A DNA stretch of 64,000 nucleotides from Haliotis rufescens (lineage: Eukaryota), in assembly GCF_023055435.1 (NCBI RefSeq), contig NW_025963890.1:62496001-62560000 (forward strand), given 5' to 3'. A model generated the notes under the pieces. It saw only the letters and a list, made by a program, of their open reading frames with translations. It searched no databases and had not been told where the DNA came from. Below, one piece after another: positions 62,225-64,000 of this stretch (its first letter is position 1; each line of letters starts with the position of its first letter). A program made the position numbers and the translations under genes.

Positions 62225-62600
62225 TACATGGACGGACTCTGCTGGCAGCCTCCATACCAAGTTTCATGACAAGAAGGATGATTTTGATTTACCAATCGTG
62301 AACTTCCCTTTCATGTTGAGCAGTTATATCATCAGCTCCAGCTTAAGGTTTCTACATTTCTCAATTGTTTTGGTATGGCTGAAATATTACTGATGTGACT
62401 TCAAATTTTAACTCACTCACCATTTCAATTGCTTTTGTACTTTCGAGCGTGTATATTTTATTCAGATTTTACGGAAAGTCACATTTCGGACTAAAGACCT
62501 AAGCTTTTCAATTAGGGATTCGCCATCAAAGCCCAGTTTAGTTGTTCCAGAGCATTTTATGGTAGACATTCAGCAAAAATTACTTACAAATATTAGACGG
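62225..62600 (+). mobile_element. Degenerate Penelope-like RT thumb fragment
   Basis: Reads GSLHTKFHDKKDDFDLPIVNFPFM...GFYISQL. Confidence 0.55.
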
Positions 62601-62701
62601 AGTTATCTCACCTCTGACTGTCGGGCGCTACCGGTAGATCAGGACATGCTTTCCCTTTTCGTGTCATCGCTGATTTTCAGTGATCCATTCATACAATGTC
62701 C

Positions 62702-62981
62702 GTAAGTCCCCATGGTCCCTAGTATGGTGGCCTAACTTTGGTTGCTGGCGATCTACAGCCCGTTTTTATATTGTATCGTTTGTATTGTATCTGATTATTT
62801 TATTGCTCTAAAACTAGTTTTAAAATTATAATCTGTGATATATTGCTGGTTGTTGTACTGTCTTTCGATGACAGCTTTTAATATATAATATAAATGCCTA
62901 ACTTGTTCAACCTAGTTCACATCGCTATATGGCTGAAATATTGCCGATGCGATGTAAAATTTAACTCACTCACTCACTCAC
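62702..62981 (+). mobile_element. 5'-truncated 3'UTR-only copy of the Nimb-like LINE
   Basis: Matches the LINE 3' UTR (gtaagtccccatggtccctag ... gctgaaatattgccgatg) with a (CTCA)n tail. 13-bp TSD tcatacaatgtcc at 62689-62701 and 62982-62994. Confidence 0.88.
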
Positions 62982-63836
62982 TCATACAATGTCCATTATG
63001 AATTTCCCTTTATGTCCTATAGACATATAGGCTGCTTTTTAAGGCTGATTATTCTCTAGCGTTGGCGTTTTGAAGTCCTTTGCAGTAAGCACGTATTATT
63101 TATACATCTTATGCATTGACGTGATAAACCTTTGTTACATCACCATCGAAAAACCATTTCTTTTTGTTTCATTTTAGCAACCATCAATCATCAAACATGG
63201 GTGTTATTACATGGGTGTAGTTTATTGTTGAACAACGTTTGTAACTGCGTTACATTGTTAAATTGTGTTTGGACAGTGATTAGTTGTCAGGAAGGTAGTG
63301 CTAATTATTGTAAGCACTTTTGAGCAAGTTACTGTATTAAGATGCTCGTGTGATATGTAAACTTCCGGAATACCGTGGACTGTGGTAGTGTGTTACAGAA
63401 ACATGTGGAATATTCTATATTGTGAGGGCAATGTGTGGAAGTTTCCAGTAGCTAGTTAGACGGTGTATTAGGGGACAAAAGCATGCCTGTCTTTCCCTCA
63501 CACATTTCATCACACATTTTCATCTGAGAATACATCAATGCAGCTTTCGTTTGAAGATCACCCCGGATTCCCTGCCTAGGCGTCGCCGCTGGGTGAATAT
63601 ACATTTATCACTGACTTTTACTATCACCACCGTATTTTCGTATTTGAATATTGTACAGCCACTCTATTGTGTGCTGCCATTGTAATTGCTGTGCCGTCAT
63701 TTGTATTGATTTGTGAACCCAGATAATTTTGTAATATACTGCTCACAAAAAGTAGGGGATATTGAAATTAAAATCAGTGGCACAAAGACAGTAACATAGA
63801 GGCCTACAAAAAAAATATGTATGATTGAGGAAAAGC

Positions 63837-63902
63837 ATACCGGGTTGGCCCACCATTAGCAGCCATGCTTGTTTGGCTGCTAATGGTGGGCCAACCCGGT
63901 AT
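63837..63902. repeat. Perfect 29-bp inverted repeat with 8-nt loop
   Basis: ataccgggttggcccaccattagcagcca / tggctgctaatggtgggccaacccggtat. Confidence 0.95.
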
Positions 63903-64000
63903 TCACCCATTTATGACTTTTGGGTTTCTACCCCTCATGAACTTTCCCGTGTCTACAAAATGAAATTGCAGCTTGATCAAAGTCATTACTTTCAAAACTG

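Overview
AT-rich eukaryotic animal genomic DNA. The repeat content and gene family suggest a marine mollusc, possibly an abalone-type gastropod (inference only). The window is a tandem array of secreted formylglycine-dependent (S1, ARSB/ARSI/ARSJ-type) sulfatase genes with intronless coding sequences, all on the minus strand. There are 5 intact ~480-aa CDSs, 2 disabled full-length copies and at least 2 small relics, built from ~10-kb segmental duplications and unequal crossovers that shuffle two 5' modules (promoter plus signal peptide) onto three catalytic-body types. Amino-acid differences between paralogs concentrate next to the catalytic residues. The array is interleaved with several mobile elements: three I-group (Nimb-like) LINEs, a Ngaro/DIRS tyrosine-recombinase remnant, Penelope-like 3' fragments with hammerhead motifs, Tc1/mariner fragments including a 2.4-kb fold-back palindrome, a pogo-like MITE, tRNA-derived SINEs and a head-less short element. 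The one full-length LINE starts with a compact HDV-like ribozyme fold, followed by a structured motif that is also the 5' end of the head-less short element.
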